A stretch of 64,000 bases of DNA, taken from Nitrospirota bacterium (GTDB taxonomy: Bacteria; Nitrospirota; Nitrospiria; Nitrospirales; Nitrospiraceae). The translations under genes and the position numbers were made by a program. Of this stretch, positions 52,842 to 64,000 are shown one piece after another; position 1 is the stretch's first letter; each line of letters opens with the position of its first letter. The notes beneath the pieces are model-generated. The model ran no database searches and had not been told where the DNA came from. It saw nothing but the letters and a program-made list of their open reading frames with translations. The stretch spans positions 448,001-512,000 of the forward strand of contig CAVPBK010000006.1 of assembly GCA_963701855.1 (NCBI GenBank), given 5' to 3'.

Positions 52842-54422
52842 CTATTCTTTTCTTGTGTACGCCGGCAGGATCATGGGTGATACGATTCCGTTTGAACTGC
52901 CGTGCTTCTTGGCCTCGGCGCGGAAACCCTTCAGATGTCCGACCGTCAACGTCCCTTGCGGCATGCCGGCGGCACGAGCCGCAGCCGTCTGCCCGGAACG
53001 TTTTCCAAAGACCATCAGGTCGAGAAGTGAGTTGCCCATCAATCGGTTCCGTCCGTGCAATCCGCCGGACGCCTCGCCCGCAACGAAGAGATTGTGCACA
53101 TTGGTTTCTGAATTGGTATCGATCTTCACGCCGCCGTTCTGATAGTGCAGCGTCGGGTAGATCAACACGGGGTCTTTGCTGATATCAATGCCGAATCGTT
53201 CGAACTGCATCATCATCGCGGGGAAATGCTTCTCCACGGTGCCGGGACCATGTTCGGCATCGAGCAGCGGGGTATCGAGCCAGACGCCGATGCGCCCGGA
53301 CATCGTGCGGATGCCGCGCCCCTCTTCACATTCCCGGATAATTGAAGAGGACACGACGTCGCGGGTGTCCAATTCGTTCACGAACCGCTCGCCCTTCGCA
53401 TTGACCAAATGTCCGCCTTCGGATCGAATACCCTCCGTCACCAGCGCCCCGATGAGTTGTTCGGGGTAGACCGCGCCGGAAGGGTGATACTGGAACGTAT
53501 CGATGTGCATGAGTTTGGCGCCCATGCGATAGGCCAAACATAGCCCGTCGCCGGTTGCACCGTAGTGATTGCTGGTCGGGAATCCCTGAATGTGGAGCCG
53601 GCCGATCCCGCCGGTCGCCAGGATGACGGACTTGGCTGCGACAACGACATGGCGTTGGTTGTCGAGATCTCTGAAGATCGCGCCGGTGCAGTTCCCCTTC
53701 TCATCACTTGTCAGCTCGACCGCCGCGCAAAATTCAAGTAGCTGTATTTTCTGATTCAGCACCTCGTCTTTGAGCACCCGCATAATTTCAAGGCCGGTAT
53801 AGTCCGAACAGGTCAGGAGTCGCGGTTTCGAACTGCCGCCGCCTTTCTTCACATGGAGGTTGCCATCCCCGTCGCGATCGAACAGCACGCCCAAGCTCAA
53901 TAGCCACTTCGCAATCGAGGGGCCTTCCTCGACCATCACCTTGAGCAGCTGATGGTCGTTCTGCATGTGGCCACCCTTCAGCGTATCCACGAAATGCGTG
54001 ACGGGCGAGTCCTCGGGCGATACCGAAATCTGCATGCCCCCTTGAGCCATCACGCTGTTGGAATCGCCGAGACGGAGCTTCGTCGCGAGGATGACCTTGG
54101 CGCCGGCTGTATGCGCATGGAGCGCCGCCGCGCAGCCGGCACCGCCGCCGCCCACTACCAGGACATCGGTCGTGTAATCGGCCGTCAGATCGAACTCGTC
54201 GGCAATGGAGCTATCGCCCTCCAACAATGATGCCAACTCGACAACCGTCTTATCTCCGCCATTGGGGCCAAAACGGATAGGACGGTAGGCCCGCTCACGA
54301 TAATCCGGATGATATTTGTGGATTAGCTGGTCGCGATCCGCCGGAGAAAACTTGGGAAGAATCTGCTTGCGTCGCGCATCTCGCGTTCCGTGAACGATCT
54401 GTTGTAGGGCGTGGATGTCCAT
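52842..54422 (-). CDS. frdA: Fumarate reductase flavoprotein subunit (soluble type)
   Basis: GGGGAG, LATGG, QYHP, TEGIRSEG, RDVVS, HYQNGG, HGRNRL; rTCA context. Confidence 0.85.
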   Translation of the reverse strand: MDIHALQQIVHGTRDARRKQILPKFSPADRDQLIHKYHPDYRERAYRPIRFGPNGGDKTVVELASLLEGDSSIADEFDLTADYTTDVLVVGGGGAGCAAALHAHTAGAKVILATKLRLGDSNSVMAQGGMQISVSPEDSPVTHFVDTLKGGHMQNDHQLLKVMVEEGPSIAKWLLSLGVLFDRDGDGNLHVKKGGGSSKPRLLTCSDYTGLEIMRVLKDEVLNQKIQLLEFCAAVELTSDEKGNCTGAIFRDLDNQRHVVVAAKSVILATGGIGRLHIQGFPTSNHYGATGDGLCLAYRMGAKLMHIDTFQYHPSGAVYPEQLIGALVTEGIRSEGGHLVNAKGERFVNELDTRDVVSSSIIRECEEGRGIRTMSGRIGVWLDTPLLDAEHGPGTVEKHFPAMMMQFERFGIDISKDPVLIYPTLHYQNGGVKIDTNSETNVHNLFVAGEASGGLHGRNRLMGNSLLDLMVFGKRSGQTAAARAAGMPQGTLTVGHLKGFRAEAKKHGSSNGIVSPMILPAYTRKE

Positions 54423-54518
54423 GACTTAAATCCGTCAATCGTCATTCGTCAAAGGCAATCGTGGGAGCATGCGATGAATTTCCCACCAATGACGGTTAAC
54501 CATTAGACCAATGACGCC

Positions 54519-55229
54519 TCACTTGACGGTTGCGCAGTGATCGGCCAGTTCTTTGTCTGTCATCTTGAGGATCTTGGACCACTCATCATTGAAACGGCCG
54601 TCCTGAATCTCTTGAATGCGCACTTCCAGCCCTAGGGGTTTCTCGGTGAAATGAGCGCCCTGCGCCCGGCTCACATAGAGAGCCACGAGATTGGGGGCGA
54701 TGTCGGCAATACAGACCGGCGTGCACATCCCGCACATGACACAATCCATAAACATCTCGGACACGCTCTTGAAATCTCCGAACACGGCCTTCCAGACTCC
54801 CTCACGCACGTCGATCTGCTGCGGACAGGCTTCAGTGCAGGCGTTGCAATTTCGGCAGAGCGGCGTCTCAGGATAAAGATTGAAGAGATCCTGCTTCGGA
54901 TCTTTGAGCGTCTGCATGTCGTAGGTGGCCTTCCGGGCTGGGAACGGCGGCATCATCGTGATCGACATGCCATCTTGCACCGCCATTTGGCAGGCCAGAC
55001 AGGTCCTCACTTTTGGATCGTCCTTAGTCCGATAGTACGCAGCGCAGGCGCCGCAAAACCCGCCAAGACAGCCGGCTCCACGCACAACTTCCTGCCCCGA
55101 GTACCACAGGGCCTTAATGACTGTGATCCCTTCCGGCACTTCGTACTTCTTGCCGGCGATCTCGACAGTGACCATCTTGTGCCGGATGACTTCCGGCTGA
55201 TCGATGATATTGCTATCTTCTTGCGCCAT
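54519..55229 (-). CDS. frdB: Fumarate reductase iron-sulfur subunit
   Basis: CLGGFCGAC...C [2Fe-2S]; CRNCNACTEACP and CVMCGMCTPVC [4Fe-4S]. Confidence 0.8.
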   Translation of the reverse strand: MAQEDSNIIDQPEVIRHKMVTVEIAGKKYEVPEGITVIKALWYSGQEVVRGAGCLGGFCGACAAYYRTKDDPKVRTCLACQMAVQDGMSITMMPPFPARKATYDMQTLKDPKQDLFNLYPETPLCRNCNACTEACPQQIDVREGVWKAVFGDFKSVSEMFMDCVMCGMCTPVCIADIAPNLVALYVSRAQGAHFTEKPLGLEVRIQEIQDGRFNDEWSKILKMTDKELADHCATVK

Positions 55230-55301
55230 TGTCTCCTTCGTGAGGCGTAACGGGTTCACGAGCCCATCCCCTCACGCCTCACGCCCTATCTCTAACGGTC
55301 T

Positions 55302-57557
<2,256 letters not shown>

Positions 57558-59804
57558 TTAGTTCAACGCATTCAACGCTGAACCGGCCTTGAACCACGCG
57601 ATCTGTTGCTCGGTGATGCTATGGTTCGCCTGAATGGTGAGTGCCGTACCATCCGGCTTATGGATGGTCACTTGCACCGGTTTGCCAGGAGCCAGACTGT
57701 TTAGCCCTGTCACGCTGATGCGATCCTGCTGTTCGATCTTCTCGTAATCCTTCGGGTCAGCAAAGGTCAACGCCAAGATCCCCTGCTTCTTCAAATTGGT
57801 CTCGTGAATGCGGGCAAAGCTCTTCGTGATCACGACGCGAACATTGAGGAACCTCGGCGACATCGCGGCATGTTCCCGACTGCTGCCTTCCCCGTAATTC
57901 TCGTCGCCGACCACGATCGAGCCGATGCCTTTCGCTTTGTACCGGCGCGCGATCTGAGCCATCGTGAGCCCTGCTTCGCCCGTCAAGACATCCGTACCCT
58001 TGCCAGGTTCAGAGAAAAATGCATTGTTTGCCCCCAGGAACATGTTATCGCTGATCTTGTCCAAATGGCCACGGAACTTGAGCCAGGGACCGGCGGGAGA
58101 AATGTGATCGGTTGTCGTCTTGCCCTTGGTCTTGATCAACAGCGGAAGCTTTTCGAAGTCCTTGCCGTCCCAACGCGGGAAGGGTTGCAATAGTTGTAGT
58201 CGCTCGCTGGTCGGCGGAACTTCGACGGTCAAGCCCTCGCCACTGGCTGCCGGCTCCACAAACCCTTCTTCACCCTTGGCGAAACCCTTGGCTGGAAGCT
58301 CTTCACCCACCGGCGGCAGAAACTTGAATTCTTTCCCATCTGCCCCCTTGAGTGTCTGATTCACGGGATCGAAGCCCAGGTCGCCGGTAATGGCGTATGC
58401 TGTCACCACTTCCGGACTGGCGAGGAACGACAAGGTTTCGTTGATACCGTCATTGCGGCCGGGGAAATTGCGGTTAAAAGAGCTGACGATCGAATCCGCT
58501 TTCCCTTTCACGCCATCGGCCCGCTTCCACTGCCCGATGCAGGGGCCGCAGGAATTCGACAGCACCGTGCCTCCTAACTGTTCAAACGTGTCCAAGAACC
58601 CGTCGCGCTTCATCGTATGATAAATGCGCTCGGAACCAGGCGACACGAGAAACGAGGCTTTCGCTTTGAGCCCGGCCTTCAACCCTTGCTGAGCAATGTG
58701 GGCCGAACGGCTGATGTCTTCATAGGATGAATTGGTGCAGCTTCCAATGAGCGCCGCCTTGAGTTGGACTGGATAGCCTTTCTCTTTGGCTTCCGCCGCC
58801 ATCTTAGAGATCGGCCTGGCGAGATCCGGTGTATGGGGCCCAACGACATGGGGCTCGAGCGTCGATAAATCGACTTCGACAATCTGGTCGTAATATTTCT
58901 CTGGCGACTGAGAGACCTCCGGGTCAGCCACCAGCAATGACTTATTAGCAATGGCCAGGTTGGCCAGATCGGCCCGATCCGTGATGTTCAGATAGGCAAC
59001 CATCTTCTGATCGAAGGGAAACACCGACGTTGTGGCGCCCAACTCCGCCCCCATGTTACAGATCGTCCCCTTACCGGTCGCGCTGATGGTTTCGGCGCCA
59101 GGGCCAAAGTATTCGACGATTTTATTCGTCCCGCCCTTCACCGTGAGCAAGCCGCAGAGATAGAGAATCACGTCCTTCGGCGAGGCCCAACCGCTCAACT
59201 TGCCGGTCAGGCGGATGCCGATGAGTTTCGGATGGAGGACTTCCCACGGAAGGCCAGCCATCACTTCGCCCGCATCTGCGCCGCCGACGCCGATCGCTAA
59301 TCCGCCAAGCCCTCCGCCATTTGGCGTGTGCGAATCGGTGCCGATGATCAAGCTGCCGGGAAATGCATAGTTCTCCAGCACAACCTGGTGAATGATCCCG
59401 GCACCCGGCTTCCAGAAGCCAATGCCGTACTTCTTTGCCGCAGAGGCGAGAAAATTATAGACTTCCGCGTTCTCGTCCACTGCGCGGAGCAGATCCTTCT
59501 CAGAGCCCATCTCGGCACGGATCAAATGGTCGCAATGGATGGTGCTCGGCACGGCCACTGTGGCCTTGTTAGCCTGCATGAACTGCAACATGGCCATTTG
59601 GGCCGTCGCATCCTGCATCGCCACGCGATCGGGCCGCAGCGCCAACATCGCCTTCCCGCGCTCCCACGTCTGGGTGTCAAAATTGTCTGCGTGTGAAACC
59701 AGCACCTTCTCCGATAACGTCAGGCCGCGGCCGAATTGCTTCCTGGCCTTGGCGAACACGTCCGGCATCTTCGCATAGAGGTTTTTGGCAAGATTTATCG
59801 ACAT
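57558..59804 (-). CDS. acnA: Aconitate hydratase
   Basis: QDATAQM, GTDSHT, IGSCTNS, CGPCIG, GSSREHAA. Confidence 0.95.
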   Translation of the reverse strand: MSINLAKNLYAKMPDVFAKARKQFGRGLTLSEKVLVSHADNFDTQTWERGKAMLALRPDRVAMQDATAQMAMLQFMQANKATVAVPSTIHCDHLIRAEMGSEKDLLRAVDENAEVYNFLASAAKKYGIGFWKPGAGIIHQVVLENYAFPGSLIIGTDSHTPNGGGLGGLAIGVGGADAGEVMAGLPWEVLHPKLIGIRLTGKLSGWASPKDVILYLCGLLTVKGGTNKIVEYFGPGAETISATGKGTICNMGAELGATTSVFPFDQKMVAYLNITDRADLANLAIANKSLLVADPEVSQSPEKYYDQIVEVDLSTLEPHVVGPHTPDLARPISKMAAEAKEKGYPVQLKAALIGSCTNSSYEDISRSAHIAQQGLKAGLKAKASFLVSPGSERIYHTMKRDGFLDTFEQLGGTVLSNSCGPCIGQWKRADGVKGKADSIVSSFNRNFPGRNDGINETLSFLASPEVVTAYAITGDLGFDPVNQTLKGADGKEFKFLPPVGEELPAKGFAKGEEGFVEPAASGEGLTVEVPPTSERLQLLQPFPRWDGKDFEKLPLLIKTKGKTTTDHISPAGPWLKFRGHLDKISDNMFLGANNAFFSEPGKGTDVLTGEAGLTMAQIARRYKAKGIGSIVVGDENYGEGSSREHAAMSPRFLNVRVVITKSFARIHETNLKKQGILALTFADPKDYEKIEQQDRISVTGLNSLAPGKPVQVTIHKPDGTALTIQANHSITEQQIAWFKAGSALNALN

Positions 59805-59862
59805 GGTGACCTCAATTCAAAATTTACAATTGTTGTTACTTCAACGTCGGGACTTCCCGCAC

Positions 59863-61683
59863 TTATTTCAGCGGCGGCACTTCGCGCCGCTTGGGCGCCG
59901 CATAATTCACCAGATAATCGAATAGCCGGATCAAGCGGCTATCCTGACGCTTCTGATCCACCCAATGCCCGATCAACCCGATCGTGCGTGAAAGAATGAA
60001 GAAGCCGTTCAAGCTATCGACCGGGAATCCAATATCGACGAGCACTGCCGCCATCGTTCCATCAACGTTCAAAATCAGATTGTCTTTCTTCACCGCAGTC
60101 ACCTGCTCCACCTGTAAGGCGAAATCGAGGCAGGGCATCTTGATGTTCAGGCTCTTGACGTATCCGACCAGCTCTTTCACCCGCTTGTCAGGATTGCGCA
60201 AGCTCTTCACACGATGGCCGATTCCCGGCACCGGGCCGACGTTTTTCTTCATATACGCGAGGAAGTCGTCCACGGACATTTTGTTATCGACGGCATACTT
60301 GAACCAGCGGCCAGCATCCGTCACCGCCCCACCGAACCGAGGACCGATCATGATCATGCCAGCCGCCACCGACTGGGACAGACCGATGCCGGCGCAAGCC
60401 GCGAGAATCGTGGCGTAGGCGCCGCTCACGCAGGGACCGTGGTCGGCTGAGAGCATCATAATGCGCTTGATGATTTCAGCTTCCTGCTTGGAGATCAGTC
60501 GTTTATCCCATAGAAGGCCGATGACGTGAGGAATTTCATAGCCCTTGTTGATGAGTTCGGAGGCGGGATAGCCATCGTAGCAGGGCTCTTCGCCACGGTC
60601 GTCGCTGATCGTGGTGCGGATCAATGGAGCCACCATGACTTCGTCGGCTTTCATCGCCTCCTCGATGCTTTTCGGCAGCTTCGGCAGCATAGCCGGCTCC
60701 ACCGGCTCCTTGATCTGGCCTGATCTCAACAACTCCTGATAGGTTTCCTTGATGGCGGGACCCAAGGCGCCGAACGTCGCGGGCACGATTGCGCCGGACT
60801 TCTTCAGAGCATCGGACTTGGAACGGGCCGACCCTTCACCCTTCAACCCTTCCTTGGCGCCGGCGTGGCCAAACTTCATGCCTTTCGGCAAACTTTCCTG
60901 ACAGAAGCCGGAGACGACGGCCATCAACTTCACGCGCCGCTTTTTTGCCCCATACCACTCAGCTGCCCGCTCTTCGAGATCGCCGCCCATTTCACCGACG
61001 ATGACGACTGCCTTCGTTTGCGGATCGTTCTCGAACATTTCTAGATAGCTGACATAGTCGGTTCCTGGATAAGCATCGCCGCCGATCCCGATGGCCGTCG
61101 TGACACCGTCCGCGAACTGCGAGCAGATCCAGATAATTTCGTTGGAGAGACCGCCCGACTTGGTGATGACCCCGAACGAACCTTCGCGGTAAAGCTTCGA
61201 CAGAACCAAGTTGTCGAATGCGCCACCGATGACACCCAACCGGCAGGAGCCGGCTGAGACAATCCCGATCGACGAAGGACCGTTGAAAACCTTGCCGAGC
61301 TTGGTCGCATGACGGCCCAGAATCTTGGCATCTTTTTCCGGCACACCCTCGGTGATCATGGAGACCACTTTGATGTGCGGATCGTCCAAGGCTTCCATCC
61401 CGCCCTTCATGGCCCGATCCGCGCCGATATAGACGAGACTGGTGTTGATCTGGGGATGATTCTTCGTCGCTTCCGCAACGCTCTTATAGATGGGAACGGC
61501 CACTAAGCCGCTGCCATAGGGAATTTCGTGTGTTTTGCCGGCGTCAGGCGGATAGACGAAAGCCAGGACGTTCAACGAACGTTTAATCAGGTAGCAGAAC
61601 TCGGCCATCCGGCGCGCGGCGTTCACGCCCGCGACACCACCCTGAATGACCACATAGGTATCTTTGTTTGCCAGGATACTCAT
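59863..61683 (-). CDS. aclA: ATP citrate lyase alpha subunit
   Basis: SucD-like domain (KFGHAGA) fused to citrate-synthase-like domain (DHGPCVSG, GIGHRVKS, NVDG). Confidence 0.95.
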   Translation of the reverse strand: MSILANKDTYVVIQGGVAGVNAARRMAEFCYLIKRSLNVLAFVYPPDAGKTHEIPYGSGLVAVPIYKSVAEATKNHPQINTSLVYIGADRAMKGGMEALDDPHIKVVSMITEGVPEKDAKILGRHATKLGKVFNGPSSIGIVSAGSCRLGVIGGAFDNLVLSKLYREGSFGVITKSGGLSNEIIWICSQFADGVTTAIGIGGDAYPGTDYVSYLEMFENDPQTKAVVIVGEMGGDLEERAAEWYGAKKRRVKLMAVVSGFCQESLPKGMKFGHAGAKEGLKGEGSARSKSDALKKSGAIVPATFGALGPAIKETYQELLRSGQIKEPVEPAMLPKLPKSIEEAMKADEVMVAPLIRTTISDDRGEEPCYDGYPASELINKGYEIPHVIGLLWDKRLISKQEAEIIKRIMMLSADHGPCVSGAYATILAACAGIGLSQSVAAGMIMIGPRFGGAVTDAGRWFKYAVDNKMSVDDFLAYMKKNVGPVPGIGHRVKSLRNPDKRVKELVGYVKSLNIKMPCLDFALQVEQVTAVKKDNLILNVDGTMAAVLVDIGFPVDSLNGFFILSRTIGLIGHWVDQKRQDSRLIRLFDYLVNYAAPKRREVPPLK

Positions 61684-61781
61684 CGGGATCTCCCCTTCTC
61701 TTCAATGCTGCGTCTGAGCGATGGATCCTGAACTGAGATGCAGTTTCCGTCTGCTCAACACTCAGGTCTCAGCACTCGGTT

Positions 61782-62978
61782 CTATTTCAGAAGCGCCTTA
61801 TCGACGATATCGGTCAGCGGCGTGTTACGGTCGAAAACATTGATGTCGAACCCTTCGTCCTTGAGCGCGCGCATCGCATCGAGCCCTTCCTTTTCACGCG
61901 GGCCGCCACGGCGCACCCAGATCTTGACGTCCTTGAGCTTGCCTTCGGACTTCGCCTTGCGGAACCCATTGATGATGCCGCCAAACGTCTTCTTCACATC
62001 GGTGAAATTGGCAATAGCGCCGCCGACGATGATGTTCTTGATCCCGGGCAACGAACAGACCTTGTCGGTCAGGACTTCAACCGCCCAGTCGGGCGGATCG
62101 CCGGAGTATTCGGCGTAATTAGCCAACTTGCCGCCGCGGGCGACGACCGCATCGGAATAATAGACACTGGCGCCGCCGCCTGCCGGGAGCATGGCCGTAT
62201 CCCCGCCTGGGATCTCAATAAATTTGACCGAGCCTTTGATCTTAGAGTCAACCGCCATCACTTCCACTTCGTGTTTGGAATAGGCCCGACCAAATTCTGC
62301 GGCAAAGGCAAAATTCCAATCGGGATGCCGAAACTTGGCATCGCCATCGAGCAACGTCACAGCATCCAATGCGATGAGTTCACTCTCGTGCTCGCGTAGG
62401 ACCACGGGGTTCACTTCCAAATACTGCGCGTCTTCGCTGTCGAAACAGGTAAACATCTTGCCCGCGAATTCGGCCATCTTCTTCACAAGCGAACCGGTAA
62501 AACCCGCATCCTTGGCCAGCCTCTCGAGCGTGTCCTCCGAGGGCTGCTGCCCGACCTCCACTGTCAGGCGCTTCACGCGATCCCAATTCGATTCGACTTC
62601 AATGCCTCCGCAGTTGGCGACCAGAATGTCCGTCCCTTCTCGGGTGGATTTCACTGCGCAATAATATTCTTCCTTATGCGGAATCATTTCGGACACGATC
62701 ACTTGTGAGACAGTGATGCTACCCACTTGGCGGCCAATCATTTCCTTGGCCGCCGCTTCCGCCCCTTTCAGATCCAGCCCGACCTTCACCAACCCGAGCT
62801 TGAATCGAGAGCCGAGCGCTTCATGAGCCTTGACCACCAACTTGGATTTCTTGAGCCATTCATTGGCTTGGCCGAGCTTCGTCAATTCGTCAACCGAGGT
62901 GACGACGACATAGTGGGGGACCGTGATGCCCCACTTCTTCATCAGCCCCATCCCGGGACCTTCAAGCACCTTCGCCAT
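61782..62978 (-). CDS. aclB: ATP citrate lyase beta subunit
   Basis: AGGGASV, ANYAEYSGDP, GGAIANFTDV, VRRGGP. Confidence 0.95.
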   Translation of the reverse strand: MAKVLEGPGMGLMKKWGITVPHYVVVTSVDELTKLGQANEWLKKSKLVVKAHEALGSRFKLGLVKVGLDLKGAEAAAKEMIGRQVGSITVSQVIVSEMIPHKEEYYCAVKSTREGTDILVANCGGIEVESNWDRVKRLTVEVGQQPSEDTLERLAKDAGFTGSLVKKMAEFAGKMFTCFDSEDAQYLEVNPVVLREHESELIALDAVTLLDGDAKFRHPDWNFAFAAEFGRAYSKHEVEVMAVDSKIKGSVKFIEIPGGDTAMLPAGGGASVYYSDAVVARGGKLANYAEYSGDPPDWAVEVLTDKVCSLPGIKNIIVGGAIANFTDVKKTFGGIINGFRKAKSEGKLKDVKIWVRRGGPREKEGLDAMRALKDEGFDINVFDRNTPLTDIVDKALLK

Positions 62979-63024
62979 ATCATCACTCCATCAGAATGGT
63001 GAGAAACAATTATAAAGGAGGAGG

Positions 63025-63053
63025 ATTCTAACGAAATCGGCTGGGGGACTCAA
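63025..63053 (-). promoter_or_regulatory. sigma-70-type promoter of the rTCA operon
   Basis: TTGAGT-17 bp-TAGAAT upstream of aclB. Confidence 0.55.
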
Positions 63054-63190
63054 TACGCCAGAGGGACTAAACGAAGAAGGTTCAAAAGACCTAGTGGAGA
63101 AGACGCCGGACTGACTACGGCCTAAGTGATTGAAACTGTTTGGTAATCAGCATTTTTATCACGGATCACCTCTCATATATGCGACAAAAA

Positions 63191-64000
63191 TTATCTTGAA
63201 GCTCGGTTCGATTGACAGCCTGGACAATAAAATGAACTACGTTCACTTTGGAGACGGCGAATGATCCGTCCGCAGTGGTTGGGACAAGGCTGACCTTCTT
63301 TGCCGTACACGAGATGACGCTGCTTGTAGTGACCTTCCATGCCGTCAGGGGCAAAGAAATCTTTGACACTCGATCCGCCGCAGGAAATCGCCTCACGCAG
63401 TACTGCTTGCATAATGTCATAGAGTTTGAGCATCGTCGCCACGCGCAGTCGACTCACTTCACGGTTCGGATGGAGCCTGGCGCGAAAGAGAATTTCGTTC
63501 GCGTAGATATTCCCAATCCCTGCGATCACTTGCTGATGCATCAAGAGCGGCTTTAACCGTCCACGCCTGGCTTGCATGAGACGGACGAACTCATCCCCCG
63601 GCACCGTGAGGGGATCGACCCCAAAACGTCGAGCACGATAGCGGTCGAGTCCTGCCTGATCGAGCAAGGAAAGCCGTCCGAACCGCCGAGGATTCCAATA
63701 GCGCAACTCTGATTCACGGCTCCCCATGAACGACATGCGGGCATGCACATGCTGCGGGTGTTTCGTCTGTGTCGCGCGAAAGAGAAGGAGGCCGGTCATG
63801 CCCAGCTCCGCGACGACATACCTGAGTTCTCCCTTATTTTTAAACTCCATTGCGACGCTCTTGCCGTATCGCTCTACCCCTTCCAGCGCCGCACCGTGGT
63901 ACCACGAGAGCGTGGACAACCCTTCCCGAATAATATCCGCTCGCCCCACCCAGCACTCATTGAGCTGTGCGCCGAGGAGATGAGTCCGTAGTTGCTGAGC
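63191..64000 (-). CDS. mutM: Formamidopyrimidine-DNA glycosylase, 5' end outside the window
   Basis: RYGK, LGMTG, PRRFG, AGIGNIYANE, C-terminal Zn finger; frame open to 64000. Confidence 0.92.
   Translation of the reverse strand, partial: AQQLRTHLLGAQLNECWVGRADIIREGLSTLSWYHGAALEGVERYGKSVAMEFKNKGELRYVVAELGMTGLLLFRATQTKHPQHVHARMSFMGSRESELRYWNPRRFGRLSLLDQAGLDRYRARRFGVDPLTVPGDEFVRLMQARRGRLKPLLMHQQVIAGIGNIYANEILFRARLHPNREVSRLRVATMLKLYDIMQAVLREAISCGGSSVKDFFAPDGMEGHYKQRHLVYGKEGQPCPNHCGRIIRRLQSERSSFYCPGCQSNRASR

Overview
Window of a Nitrospira-like (Nitrospirota) chromosome, judged from the ATP-citrate-lyase/rTCA cluster, the cytochrome bd-like gene and the intergenic repeat families. Left to right: (1) 5' part of a cytochrome bd-like oxidase subunit and a c-type cytochrome; (2) a hopanoid/isoprenoid cluster (hpnH ... 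ispG-dxs ... hpnG-shc, ispH) that contains an MlaE/F/D/C-type lipid ABC system plus two outer-membrane barrels, and is interrupted by a decayed ~6 kb tRNA-Cys island carrying a 1142-aa multidomain M4 metallopeptidase, IS3 remnants and an integrase fragment; (3) smc with one in-frame TGA; (4) phoBR-like pair, fabH, bamD, a GGR-family reductase, ccdA/resA, metK, ahcY; (5) an accessory region (38-47.7 kb) with island-end relics, pseudogenes, DsbA, an indoleamine 2,3-dioxygenase and a 41-aa Cys/His microprotein; (6) a B12 radical SAM enzyme, a Crp/Fnr regulator and the rTCA operon aclBA-acn-icd-frdBA-sucCD; (7) partial mutM. The best candidates for undescribed biology are the hopanoid-linked Mla + POTRA-less Omp85 transport module and a ~200-nt covarying hairpin element present in two inverted copies. 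All calls come from reading the sequence; no database searches were run.
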